In this document: in pieces, positions 48,945-57,981 of the stretch
How the letters are laid out: each line of letters begins with the position of its first letter
How positions within the stretch are numbered: position 1 is the stretch's first letter
IMG/VR virus record: IMGVR_UViG_3300029314_000064
Coordinates: 1-64,000 of that record
Source of the DNA: a virus
Taxonomy: Duplodnaviria > Caudoviricetes
DNA length: 64,000 bases
Strand: one strand, 5' to 3'
Notes under the pieces: model-generated
The model's input: the letters and a program-made list of their open reading frames with translations, nothing else
What the model was told of the DNA's origin: nothing
The model's database searches: none
Translations under genes and position numbers: made by a program

Positions 48945-50842
48945 GAGTCACTCCCACTAATATATCCTCCTGGATCAAGCAGTCCTTGAATAGGAGGAGG
49001 TATAGAAATAAAACTTCCGTTTAAATCAGATATTTTCTGATTATACACGACTCCTTCTGTAGAAACAATTAATTCTTTATTTATAGTTGTCAAAGATTTA
49101 CCAGTTGAATAATTAAGTCTTTTTGCTCCAACATAATCTTCAGACAATGGAATCTTAGAAGTAACATCAACAAGACTCATTGTACTTGCTAAAGCCAAAG
49201 ACCACAGTTTATCACCATGGTGGTCTTTGTTTTTATCTGAGTCGTACCTTACACTTCCAGTATCAGAAACTTTCTTTTTAATACTACCTATCTGTCTTTT
49301 TAAATCTTCTTCATCTGGAATAGCTATTAGCATATTCTCAAATCTTATTCTTAGAATCTGTGCAGCCCTTGCTTTCCAATCTAATGTCATATCTACTTGG
49401 TGAACTCTATCTTTAAATTCTTCATGTAGGTCTTCTGCTAAATTCATACCTAAGCCTGTTGCATCAATAGCTAATCTTCTAACAGGCAGATTTTCAAGAA
49501 TCGCTCTTAAAAAAGTTTTCTGTTCATTGAACTTTACTCTATCAAACTGCTTTACGAATCTAACAATCTGAATGGTCGTGGATTCGTTTATTTCTATTTC
49601 CTCAAGTACAGTTAGCTCAGACTTATCTTTTTTGCGTCCTACATCGAATCCGGCGATAAGATTAGGAGTTATCTCACCTGTTCTAATTTTATAAAAGAAT
49701 TTTTCTAGTGAATCACACACAAAGAAATTTAATTTCGTATGTTTAACTTGTATTTCACTCTTAGACTGATTCTCAATGACCACACTGCTCTTCTTAGCAT
49801 CTTGCATTTCGTCAAAACTAAAATCATCTATGTCAGTTGAGAAAACACATTTGTTAATTAAATCTATAGGGAAATAAGAAACATTCTCATCTATGAAAGC
49901 CAACTCATACTCTTGCTGAAATTCATCAAGAGATAAAGTTTCAAAAATAACCTTTAATTTTTCATTTCCAAATCTATTTACTCTATCTATTGTTGATAAC
50001 TTAGATGCATATTTAAATGCATCAAATATATTTAGACATAAATCAGGACAATGCCACCATGGTATAAATTGTCTACTAAATTGTGGAAATTTCTTAATAT
50101 CTGTAAGTACATCATGGAATTTACCTCTAGCACCAAGAGGAGTAGAAGCTATAGTTATTGATCCTGTACCGCGCGTGATAACTGGAACAGCAGCGGTGAA
50201 GATCTTGTCAGGCCAAGTCCAGAATGCAAATTCATCAAAATAAACATCTGTATTGAAGCCCTTACCACGGGGTGGTCTTTGTGCTGTAGATATAACTCTT
50301 GTTATTTGCCCTTTTTGATTCTTAAATACCTGAGACTGTTTATTATCTGTTATTCTTTTCTTTTGATATTCTAAAGGTAAACTCTCATACAATGCTTGAA
50401 CAACAAGAATTTTTTCACTCGCTTCATCCTTGTTGTATGAAATAATAACAGATGAATTTATATCACATAATTGAGATTTACTAAAAGATTCACCTGCTAT
50501 AGAAAAAGAAAAACCTATCTGTCTTGATTTATTGGCTGCTCTGAATTTAGATGTATTATTCATATGAGCAACTTGATAATCATATAATTTAGTTGGCTTA
50601 TCGTATGTCTTTGTTAAGCCTTCTAAGAATCCTGGAACAGTAGCAAGCCAATTCTTAAATTTTTCTTCTCCAAGTATTTCAGGCCCATCTTTCTTAACAA
50701 TAACCAATGGAGAAGGATTATATATTTTTGTTTTCTTTTTGAATTTATGGTTCTTTTTCTTTTTAGTTTTCTTAGGTGGGATATAATTATTCTTAGATAT
50801 CTTCAATGTTTTTAGCAATTCTTTTGCAAAAACAGAAGTCAT
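48905..50842 (-). CDS. terL: Terminase large subunit
   Basis: NKSRQIGFS Walker A, VYFDEFAF Walker B, IASTPLG, AGFDVGRKKD, IDATGLG, HHGDKLWSLALA. Confidence 0.96.
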   Translation of the reverse strand: MTSVFAKELLKTLKISKNNYIPPKKTKKKKNHKFKKKTKIYNPSPLVIVKKDGPEILGEEKFKNWLATVPGFLEGLTKTYDKPTKLYDYQVAHMNNTSKFRAANKSRQIGFSFSIAGESFSKSQLCDINSSVIISYNKDEASEKILVVQALYESLPLEYQKKRITDNKQSQVFKNQKGQITRVISTAQRPPRGKGFNTDVYFDEFAFWTWPDKIFTAAVPVITRGTGSITIASTPLGARGKFHDVLTDIKKFPQFSRQFIPWWHCPDLCLNIFDAFKYASKLSTIDRVNRFGNEKLKVIFETLSLDEFQQEYELAFIDENVSYFPIDLINKCVFSTDIDDFSFDEMQDAKKSSVVIENQSKSEIQVKHTKLNFFVCDSLEKFFYKIRTGEITPNLIAGFDVGRKKDKSELTVLEEIEINESTTIQIVRFVKQFDRVKFNEQKTFLRAILENLPVRRLAIDATGLGMNLAEDLHEEFKDRVHQVDMTLDWKARAAQILRIRFENMLIAIPDEEDLKRQIGSIKKKVSDTGSVRYDSDKNKDHHGDKLWSLALASTMSLVDVTSKIPLSEDYVGAKRLNYSTGKSLTTINKELIVSTEGVVYNQKISDLNGSFISIPPPIQGLLDPGGYISGSDSWSTGSLMQIRRK

Positions 50843-50850
50843 AAATCTCC

Positions 50851-51192
50851 TTATTTTCTGCCTGACCAGAAATACTTAGAAACTTCTCCCTGCTTATTAT
50901 CCATAAAATGATTATATCTTTGTTGCTGGCCATCATTACCTGATAATCCACCTAAATCACTACCTGATTCTTTTTCTTTTGGTTTTTCAAATATTTTCTT
51001 ATTTGAATTTAAATTTTCTTCTAGTTGTTTGGTTAAAACAACAGGAGCATCTTTTCCTTTATTATCTTCTACAGTATTTAAACTTTTTTCTTCATCAATG
51101 AAATCTTTTGGTTGTTCCTGATCTAATGTATTCTTAGATACAGCATCATCAACCATCGTCGACGCCTGATTCTTCTTCCCTCTGCTTATCAT
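50851..51192 (-). CDS. Hypothetical protein
   Basis: Charged, probably disordered ORF between TerS and TerL. Confidence 0.55.
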   Translation of the reverse strand: MISRGKKNQASTMVDDAVSKNTLDQEQPKDFIDEEKSLNTVEDNKGKDAPVVLTKQLEENLNSNKKIFEKPKEKESGSDLGGLSGNDGQQQRYNHFMDNKQGEVSKYFWSGRK

Positions 51193-51871
51193 TTTCTGGC
51201 TCCTTTAATTCTTTAGGTGGTGCAACCACAGGTGGGATAATATCAATTATTTTTTCTTTTTGATTTTCTATAAAACCAACACTGTTCGCAACCTTATATC
51301 TTTCCGACAATTGAGTAATTATCTCTGCACTGATTTTATGATTATGATTAACATTCTTATTCGCAACTTGTGGAGGAGATTCTTCCCTCATTGTTCTATT
51401 TAAATCTAAAGCCATTCTCATCAGTGACTTAACACTTAATGCCTGAAGTGATCCGTCAGCTAATTTATCAATCATTGCTTCATAAACTTGACTATAAATA
51501 AACTCTATCTTGTTTTTTCTTTTCTTATTATCCATATCAACAAAACTACTAATACACTTTTCCAAGTATTCTTCAACCTGAGGCTTCAAAAGCCATTTTC
51601 TACATCTAGCAACAGAAACACCAAGTTTCTCAGCAACTTCATTTATTGGTGTTCCGGCAGCAATATACTTCGCCATAATTCTTTGCTGATGCTTAATAGG
51701 TTTTCTATCTGATTCAAATTTGTTTTTAAGATTTGTTATTTCTACTCGTGTTAATTCTTTATTTCCAGAAACAGGAACAATTTTATCATTCTTTTTATTT
51801 ATCATTCCTAATTCTTCTTCAGTAAAACCATCTAATTTTTTAACTCTTTTCTTCTTTAGTTTCTTTTTCAA
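51149..51871 (-). CDS. Probable terminase small subunit (HTH)
   Basis: HTH INEVAEKLGVSVARCRKWL; first gene of the late operon; TTG start with AGGAG SD. Confidence 0.65.
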   Translation of the reverse strand: MKKKLKKKRVKKLDGFTEEELGMINKKNDKIVPVSGNKELTRVEITNLKNKFESDRKPIKHQQRIMAKYIAAGTPINEVAEKLGVSVARCRKWLLKPQVEEYLEKCISSFVDMDNKKRKNKIEFIYSQVYEAMIDKLADGSLQALSVKSLMRMALDLNRTMREESPPQVANKNVNHNHKISAEIITQLSERYKVANSVGFIENQKEKIIDIIPPVVAPPKELKEPENDKQREEESGVDDG

Positions 51872-51953
51872 TTTCTTATCTCCTGTACCTAATGATTGTT
51901 TTTAGCTAGTGGCATAAGGTAAGGTAACCCAAACCAAACACTTAAAGGAAACA

Positions 51954-52922
51954 ATGAAGAATCTTCTTCTAATAGAAGGAAACGGATTAGCTTATAGAAA
52001 CTTTTTCTCTCATAAAGATCTTTCTATAAAAGAAAATGATAAAACACATTTTACAGGCATGCAATACGGAGTACTCAATAGTCTAGTCACGATGAATAAA
52101 GAATTTAATCCAGATCGCATCATCATTGTGTGGGATGGATCATCACAACGAAGAAAAAAGTTGTACGCTGGATATAAACGTAAGAGAATGGAGAAAAGAG
52201 AAAAAGAAAGAAAAGAACTAGCTAAATTATTGGAACTCTCACCTGATACGCCAGTTCATAATTTCATAAATGAATTTGAAGAAACAAAAAATCTTATTAA
52301 TCTTATAGGCGTGCAACAAATACAAGATATGAAAGAAGAAGCAGATGATGTAATTGGAAGTATCGTACATTCTCTTCCGGATTACAAGATAATGATTGCT
52401 TCAAACGATCATGATTTTAATCAACTGTTGAAAAAAGATATAGTAGAACAATATATTAATATAACGAACAGAAATTATCATAAATCTAAAATTGTAACAT
52501 ATGAATCTTTTTATGAAGAACATAAAATAAATCCAAAATTTTATCCTAATGTTTTAGCAATCGGAGGAGACTCGACAGACGAATACCCTGGAGTAAAAGG
52601 TATAAGCGAAGAAACAGCATTCAGAATAGTTAAGGAATTTGGGCCTAAATTGAGTTCTATAATTGAAAACGCAAAGAAACAAAGAATAAAACCAGATAGG
52701 TACTCAAGATACATTGTAAGAGATGAAGGTATGATTTATATTTTCAAAAAATTATCTAAAATTATACCTGATTTAAAGATTCCACCTGACATAGAAGATA
52801 AAAATGACCACAAATTACTTGCCTTTAAATTAAAGGAATTAAGATTTCATTCTATGCTATTCAAGGATTCATTCAGTGAACTCATAGCTTTAAAGAAAAA
52901 AAATGTAATTTTCCATAAGTAA
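51954..52922 (+). CDS. 5'-3' exonuclease / flap endonuclease (PolA N-terminal domain-like)
   Basis: LLIEGNGLAYR, VWDG, YKRKR, EADDVIG, SNDHDFNQL, GDSTDEYPGVKGI. Confidence 0.93.
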   Translation: MKNLLLIEGNGLAYRNFFSHKDLSIKENDKTHFTGMQYGVLNSLVTMNKEFNPDRIIIVWDGSSQRRKKLYAGYKRKRMEKREKERKELAKLLELSPDTPVHNFINEFEETKNLINLIGVQQIQDMKEEADDVIGSIVHSLPDYKIMIASNDHDFNQLLKKDIVEQYINITNRNYHKSKIVTYESFYEEHKINPKFYPNVLAIGGDSTDEYPGVKGISEETAFRIVKEFGPKLSSIIENAKKQRIKPDRYSRYIVRDEGMIYIFKKLSKIIPDLKIPPDIEDKNDHKLLAFKLKELRFHSMLFKDSFSELIALKKKNVIFHK

Positions 52923-52937
52923 AACAAAGAGGTAGCC

Positions 52938-53135
52938 ATGTCTAGAAAATCAGTTCAAAATATATTCTCAGCAACATGCACTGTGTGTGTGACGAGAAGT
53001 ATTATTAAAACTTCGCTTAATGAGGTTATTAGAGTATCTAAGATAAATAAATGGCTATCATACGAGGATAAAGTCTGCAGAGTCTTAATATTTATTTGTC
53101 CAAGCTGTAAGAAAAAGGGCTACAAGTTTGGATAG
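52938..53135 (+). CDS. Small Zn-ribbon protein
   Basis: CTVC...CPSC; GAGG SD. Confidence 0.55.
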   Translation: MSRKSVQNIFSATCTVCVTRSIIKTSLNEVIRVSKINKWLSYEDKVCRVLIFICPSCKKKGYKFG

Positions 53136-53673
53136 CCATAGATCGAACTCGATTCGCGCATTAACCTCTAGCAAGACACAACACTGGTGTACGCCTTTAC
53201 ACTTGTCTAAGGCGATCCTGGAGGTCCTTGGTGAGATTGATTTAGACCCATGCTCTAACAAGTATTCCCTTATACCTGCACTCACCTATTGGTTTGAAGA
53301 AAACGGAGAACAAACCTTCTCTTTAAGGTGGTCTTTCGCAAAAACCATTTATTGTAATCCGCCTTTTTCTCCAGCACTATTACAAGATAAATTTGTTATG
53401 AAATGTATTAAAGAAAAAAAAGGAAAAGAAATATTAATACTATTGCCTGTTAGAACTGGAACAGGAAGGTGGCAACAGCAGGTTTTTAAGAAGTATGATG
53501 CGATTTGCTACTTCAAAGGTAGGGTTAATTTTGATCTACAAGGAATTAAAACAAAATCTTCTACAGTTCAAACATGTATGGTTTATCTAGGAAATAGGCC
53601 GAAAAGATTTAAAAAAATATTTTCAAAATTTGGTTATACTGAACTAAAAAACAAAAACAAGCCTATTGTGTAA
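53128..53673 (+). CDS. Phage DNA N6-adenine methyltransferase (Dam-like)
   Basis: WCTP, DLDPCS, YCNPPFS catalytic motif, LLPVRTGT, KGRVNF. Confidence 0.88.
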   Translation: MDSHRSNSIRALTSSKTQHWCTPLHLSKAILEVLGEIDLDPCSNKYSLIPALTYWFEENGEQTFSLRWSFAKTIYCNPPFSPALLQDKFVMKCIKEKKGKEILILLPVRTGTGRWQQQVFKKYDAICYFKGRVNFDLQGIKTKSSTVQTCMVYLGNRPKRFKKIFSKFGYTELKNKNKPIV

Positions 53674-53714
53674 ACAAAAGGGGCATAAATGCCTTATGTC
53701 GTAATTTATTCTGA

Positions 53715-54110
53715 ATGGAGACTACAATGAGCGTCATCTATGTATTTGAAACAAAGAATAGAAATCGAGAAAATATTCTTATGGATTCACGCACTGATCC
53801 AAACAGTGAGTTTTATATTATTGATCCAATTGATAATAATAGGTATGGTCCACTCACTGTTAATTTTCTTAAACATTCTCTTTCTTTTCTCACATACGTA
53901 ACGCATGATTTTGAAAATATTGGATTTGGTATTAGGCCGAATATTTTGAATGATTGTTCTGAAATTTTGTTTTTTGATAATCTAAGTAGAGTTACAAACA
54001 AAAACAGAATTATATCATACATTCTTCTTATCAGTGAAGAATATACAAAAAATAGGAATTACAATAAAGTCAAAAAACAACTTAAAGAACTTATTAGTGA
54101 TCTTGAATAG
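53715..54110 (+). CDS. Hypothetical protein
   Basis: ORF filling the gap between genes; no motif recognised. Confidence 0.55.
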   Translation: METTMSVIYVFETKNRNRENILMDSRTDPNSEFYIIDPIDNNRYGPLTVNFLKHSLSFLTYVTHDFENIGFGIRPNILNDCSEILFFDNLSRVTNKNRIISYILLISEEYTKNRNYNKVKKQLKELISDLE

Positions 54111-54173
54111 TCTTGTTGAATAGATTAAGATAATATATTATTTGGGTTAATTTCTTTAACCCAGGAGCAAGAA

Positions 54174-57100
54174 ATGAAAATTTCAAACATAATTAAAATT
54201 ATTATGTTTTTATTCATTCCGGCAATATCTTTAGCACAGCCTTATGGATATACTGGTCCTTCAGGCGGCGGCGCGGGAAGTGGCGCCAATACTGCATTAT
54301 CAAATCTAATATCTACTTCTGTAAATTCAAGTCTTAATCCTGGAGCAGATAGTACTCTATCTTTAGGAACATCTATTCTAAGATGGAATACCTTAAATGC
54401 AGAACAAATAGTCTTAACATCAGATTTTATGGATACTATGACTATTGATGCTGATTCAATGACTTCTGATGTGTCTTTAACAATTACAGGAGCCGGATTA
54501 AATTTAAATTCAGGAAATACAGATCTGACAATTACGACCACAGGTGGATCAGGTATTATATCTCTAAACACGCAGGCCGGTGGTGAGATTAATATCAATA
54601 GTGACACTTTAGGTTTTATAGATAACACAGCAACACAAGTTGATGTTTATGTCGCAAGAAAAACAGGTGGCGGTGCTGGTATTCCTCTTGTCATCAGCGG
54701 AAGCGGCGCAACCAATGGAGACACAGATGCAAATGGCGGCAATATAACTATTGCATCTGGAAGATCAACTGGTACTGGTACATCAGATATTTTGTTCAAC
54801 ACTCCAACACCGCAAGGTGGAACAAATACAACTGATAATATCCCTAGTACAAAATTCAGAGTTAATGGAACAGGAAAAGCCATATTTGGATCCGGAGCAG
54901 CAACCGCCTTTTGGGATCCAACCAATACTACTTTTCAAGTAGGTGGCACCGATTACAGTTTTGGTCCAGCAACAACAATTCTTCCTGGAAATATTTTATC
55001 TTATGATGTTGCAGGAAATTATGCAACACTAGGATTAACAGGAGAAATTGTTCAAATTCAAGGAAACGGATCACTCACTGGTTATGCTGAAATAACATCA
55101 CTAGATGATTTTAGAGTTAATACCACTGACGGTATGGTTGTCGGTGTCAATGGAACTGTAAGTCTTCCTTCAATAAGAACCAACGACACTAATTCTGGTA
55201 TTTGGACTCCAGCATCTGATCAATTAGCTATTGCAGTCGGCGGGAGCGAGCGTGCTCACTTTCGCCTTGCTAATACGGGGGCCAGCACTGGGCGCGTCGA
55301 GTTTCAGCTTGGGACAATGAGTGCGGTGGTCGGTGAGTACGGGCTCTACACCAAGGCGACAGGCCTCAACAGTGCCACAGATCAATATATGAACTTCTTT
55401 GAGGGTACCGGCGCTGGTGCCAACACAGGTGGTCAGTATGTCCTCGCGGCGTCACTTGCTGCCGGATACACGGGTGCGGGTAGGTCGTCGGCAATGCACG
55501 CCGTCAACGCGTCTGCGACCACCGCCACGGCTGTGAGTGCCTGGGGGGACATCCAAGGAACTCTTGGCGCTTACAGTGAATCCAACGGTGCGTACACGGG
55601 CCATGCATTCGCGGTGGTTGGAAATGCACTTGGTGGTGCGGTAACCAGCACGAACGTCGGGGTGTTTGGGAGGTCATCATCTACATTTGCCAACACCCAT
55701 GTTGGCGTGGCTGGCGTTGCGCTGTCGAGTGTTGGGGGAGGCGTTCAGGTCGGAGGCTTCTTTGGGATTGGTGACTACGGGGTGTCAGCCCCGACGTGGG
55801 CCAGTGGTGCTGTTGTTGCTGACGTTGGAGCAGGAGCCGGGATCCCCATCTTCCGTGGGAGAAATGCAGGGGTTGACCGTTTCCGCGTGATGGAGACTGG
55901 TGTTGTTCAGATATACAGCACCGGGGCTATTGGCGCCCCCGTGCTCACTTTCGGGCCCAACGCGGGTCCGGCAGACTCCACAACTGGTATTTGGCGCCCT
56001 GGTTCAAACGTGCTTTCATTTGTGAACTCAGGCGCGAACTCCCTGCACCTCGCCTCCGACAATAAAGTTGGCATCGGAACAGCCAATTCCCAGAGCCGGT
56101 TGGGTGTCGCGGGCAGCGTGGCAATCGGGGCTACGTACGCGGACACCGTGGGCTCTCCGACGAATGGATTGGCCGTTCAGGGTGACGTCGGCATCGGTGT
56201 GATCACACCAACAGCGCAGTTGCACTTGTCAGGGGTAACTGGATCGTCCGGCTATCACGTATTCTGGACCGGCGCACTAGGCTCCGACAATAACTCCCGA
56301 GCCGGATTGCGGTACACGCTTTCCACGGCAGGCACAGGCGCAAGTGCGCACCGTCTTGGTATACAATCAGCTATGAGCGGTACGTCTACCGACGCTTCAG
56401 CGTTCATCTACGGGATTGTTTCCGATCTTTCGGTCACTGGCGTAGCCAACGATATGCGCCTCGCGACGGGGACTGCCGGACCTCTGGGAAATGTGGGTTC
56501 CATGTCGTACGCCTACGGAACCACGGTGGGCTTGAACGTAGGCAGGGCGTCCGTTGCGGTCAACGGCAACGTCAACGTGGCGGTGCTGGCGAAGTCCACG
56601 ACGGCAAAGAACTCTGCGTCCAACATCGGCGTGTTGTCTGCTGCGCTCAACACAGGCTCAACCCCTGTTCATGTGGCGGGGTATTTCGGGCTTGTCGCCA
56701 CCACACCGACGCTGACGTCGGCAGCCCTGATCGCTGACAACGGCGCCACAACGTCGAAAATTTTTGAAGCACGTGACAACGGAACAGCAGTGTTTTCAAT
56801 TAATGATGCGGGTGTGGTTGTTATGACAGGAGACAATAGTGCTGGCGTAGGCACCTTGCGTATCCGTCCTTCTGATGAAGATACTCAAATTGTTTTATGT
56901 GAAGCCAGCAACAATGCAACAACTGAAGTATGTTCTACCTTACAACATCAAAACATTAGTGCATCAGCATCAACAATGATATTTGCTTCTAATATGTATC
57001 TTGATTCTGCTGGCGCAGTTCAGCGCAATAATACTGCATTTGGATCTGCATATATACAATCACGCGCTTCATCTACTCTAGGATCAAATACGACAGTATT

Positions 57101-57938
57101 AGGTCTGTATAATACCAGCGGAACTTTAGCTACATATTCAGATTATAGCGTTACAGGGACAACAGCCGGAACTTTTACATTTGGAACCTCCGGAACCACC
57201 ACTGTAGATTTCCGTGGTCCTATTCTTAATGGAGGCGCCACAACATGCAATGGTCTGTGGGCAGGAACTTTATGTATTAATGAAGATTTGGTTATGCAAT
57301 ATTCATCAACTGATCTTGTATATAGAATGCAGAGCACTTCGGCGTCAGGAATAGCTTATGTTCAAGTTCTTAACAACAGCGGAACTGCTGCCGGTAGTTT
57401 CGGATATGGAAACACTGGCTATACAGATGCAGATTTCGCAGGGCATTTTTGGTATCTAACCAATGTTGCATCTACCCCTCTACGCCTAGGGAATACACAG
57501 GATGTTGGTGTTACAAGTCCTGTTGTGAAAATTACAGACAACACGACAGTATCAGGAACCCTAGAAGGAACAAATCATGTCGTAGTGTATGGTGGCGGAA
57601 CTGTTGCGTACCCATCAACACAAACCATAACATGTGCTGATAATGCAGGTGGCACTAATCAAACTGCAAACCTCGACCCACAAGCACATACCATCACCAT
57701 CCTGAATAATGACGCCACAGGATGCGACATAACATTACAAGAAACAAGCGCGATTATTGGTGCAGTCATAATTGTATGTATTGATCCTGCATCTACTGCA
57801 ACCAATGTTAATTTCGCAGACGTGGCAAATGTATTTAACGGAAACGCACCTGCTTTATCTCAGGGAGATTGCTTCACTGCTCGCTACTTTGATGCAGCCA
57901 ACGATCTATGGGTACAGACCGGAATCAGTGATAATTGA
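54174..57938 (+). CDS. Signal-peptide-bearing fibre/adhesin-like protein A (1254 aa)
   Basis: Sec-type signal ending AISLA|QPYGY; G/T/A/S-rich beta repeats including KVGIGT...GDVGIG fibre motifs; C-terminal domain shared with the next gene. Confidence 0.75.
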   Translation: MKISNIIKIIMFLFIPAISLAQPYGYTGPSGGGAGSGANTALSNLISTSVNSSLNPGADSTLSLGTSILRWNTLNAEQIVLTSDFMDTMTIDADSMTSDVSLTITGAGLNLNSGNTDLTITTTGGSGIISLNTQAGGEININSDTLGFIDNTATQVDVYVARKTGGGAGIPLVISGSGATNGDTDANGGNITIASGRSTGTGTSDILFNTPTPQGGTNTTDNIPSTKFRVNGTGKAIFGSGAATAFWDPTNTTFQVGGTDYSFGPATTILPGNILSYDVAGNYATLGLTGEIVQIQGNGSLTGYAEITSLDDFRVNTTDGMVVGVNGTVSLPSIRTNDTNSGIWTPASDQLAIAVGGSERAHFRLANTGASTGRVEFQLGTMSAVVGEYGLYTKATGLNSATDQYMNFFEGTGAGANTGGQYVLAASLAAGYTGAGRSSAMHAVNASATTATAVSAWGDIQGTLGAYSESNGAYTGHAFAVVGNALGGAVTSTNVGVFGRSSSTFANTHVGVAGVALSSVGGGVQVGGFFGIGDYGVSAPTWASGAVVADVGAGAGIPIFRGRNAGVDRFRVMETGVVQIYSTGAIGAPVLTFGPNAGPADSTTGIWRPGSNVLSFVNSGANSLHLASDNKVGIGTANSQSRLGVAGSVAIGATYADTVGSPTNGLAVQGDVGIGVITPTAQLHLSGVTGSSGYHVFWTGALGSDNNSRAGLRYTLSTAGTGASAHRLGIQSAMSGTSTDASAFIYGIVSDLSVTGVANDMRLATGTAGPLGNVGSMSYAYGTTVGLNVGRASVAVNGNVNVAVLAKSTTAKNSASNIGVLSAALNTGSTPVHVAGYFGLVATTPTLTSAALIADNGATTSKIFEARDNGTAVFSINDAGVVVMTGDNSAGVGTLRIRPSDEDTQIVLCEASNNATTEVCSTLQHQNISASASTMIFASNMYLDSAGAVQRNNTAFGSAYIQSRASSTLGSNTTVLGLYNTSGTLATYSDYSVTGTTAGTFTFGTSGTTTVDFRGPILNGGATTCNGLWAGTLCINEDLVMQYSSTDLVYRMQSTSASGIAYVQVLNNSGTAAGSFGYGNTGYTDADFAGHFWYLTNVASTPLRLGNTQDVGVTSPVVKITDNTTVSGTLEGTNHVVVYGGGTVAYPSTQTITCADNAGGTNQTANLDPQAHTITILNNDATGCDITLQETSAIIGAVIIVCIDPASTATNVNFADVANVFNGNAPALSQGDCFTARYFDAANDLWVQTGISDN

Positions 57939-57981
57939 GATCTAAGATCTAGAAGTTAATTATTCAACCAAAAGGAGAAGT

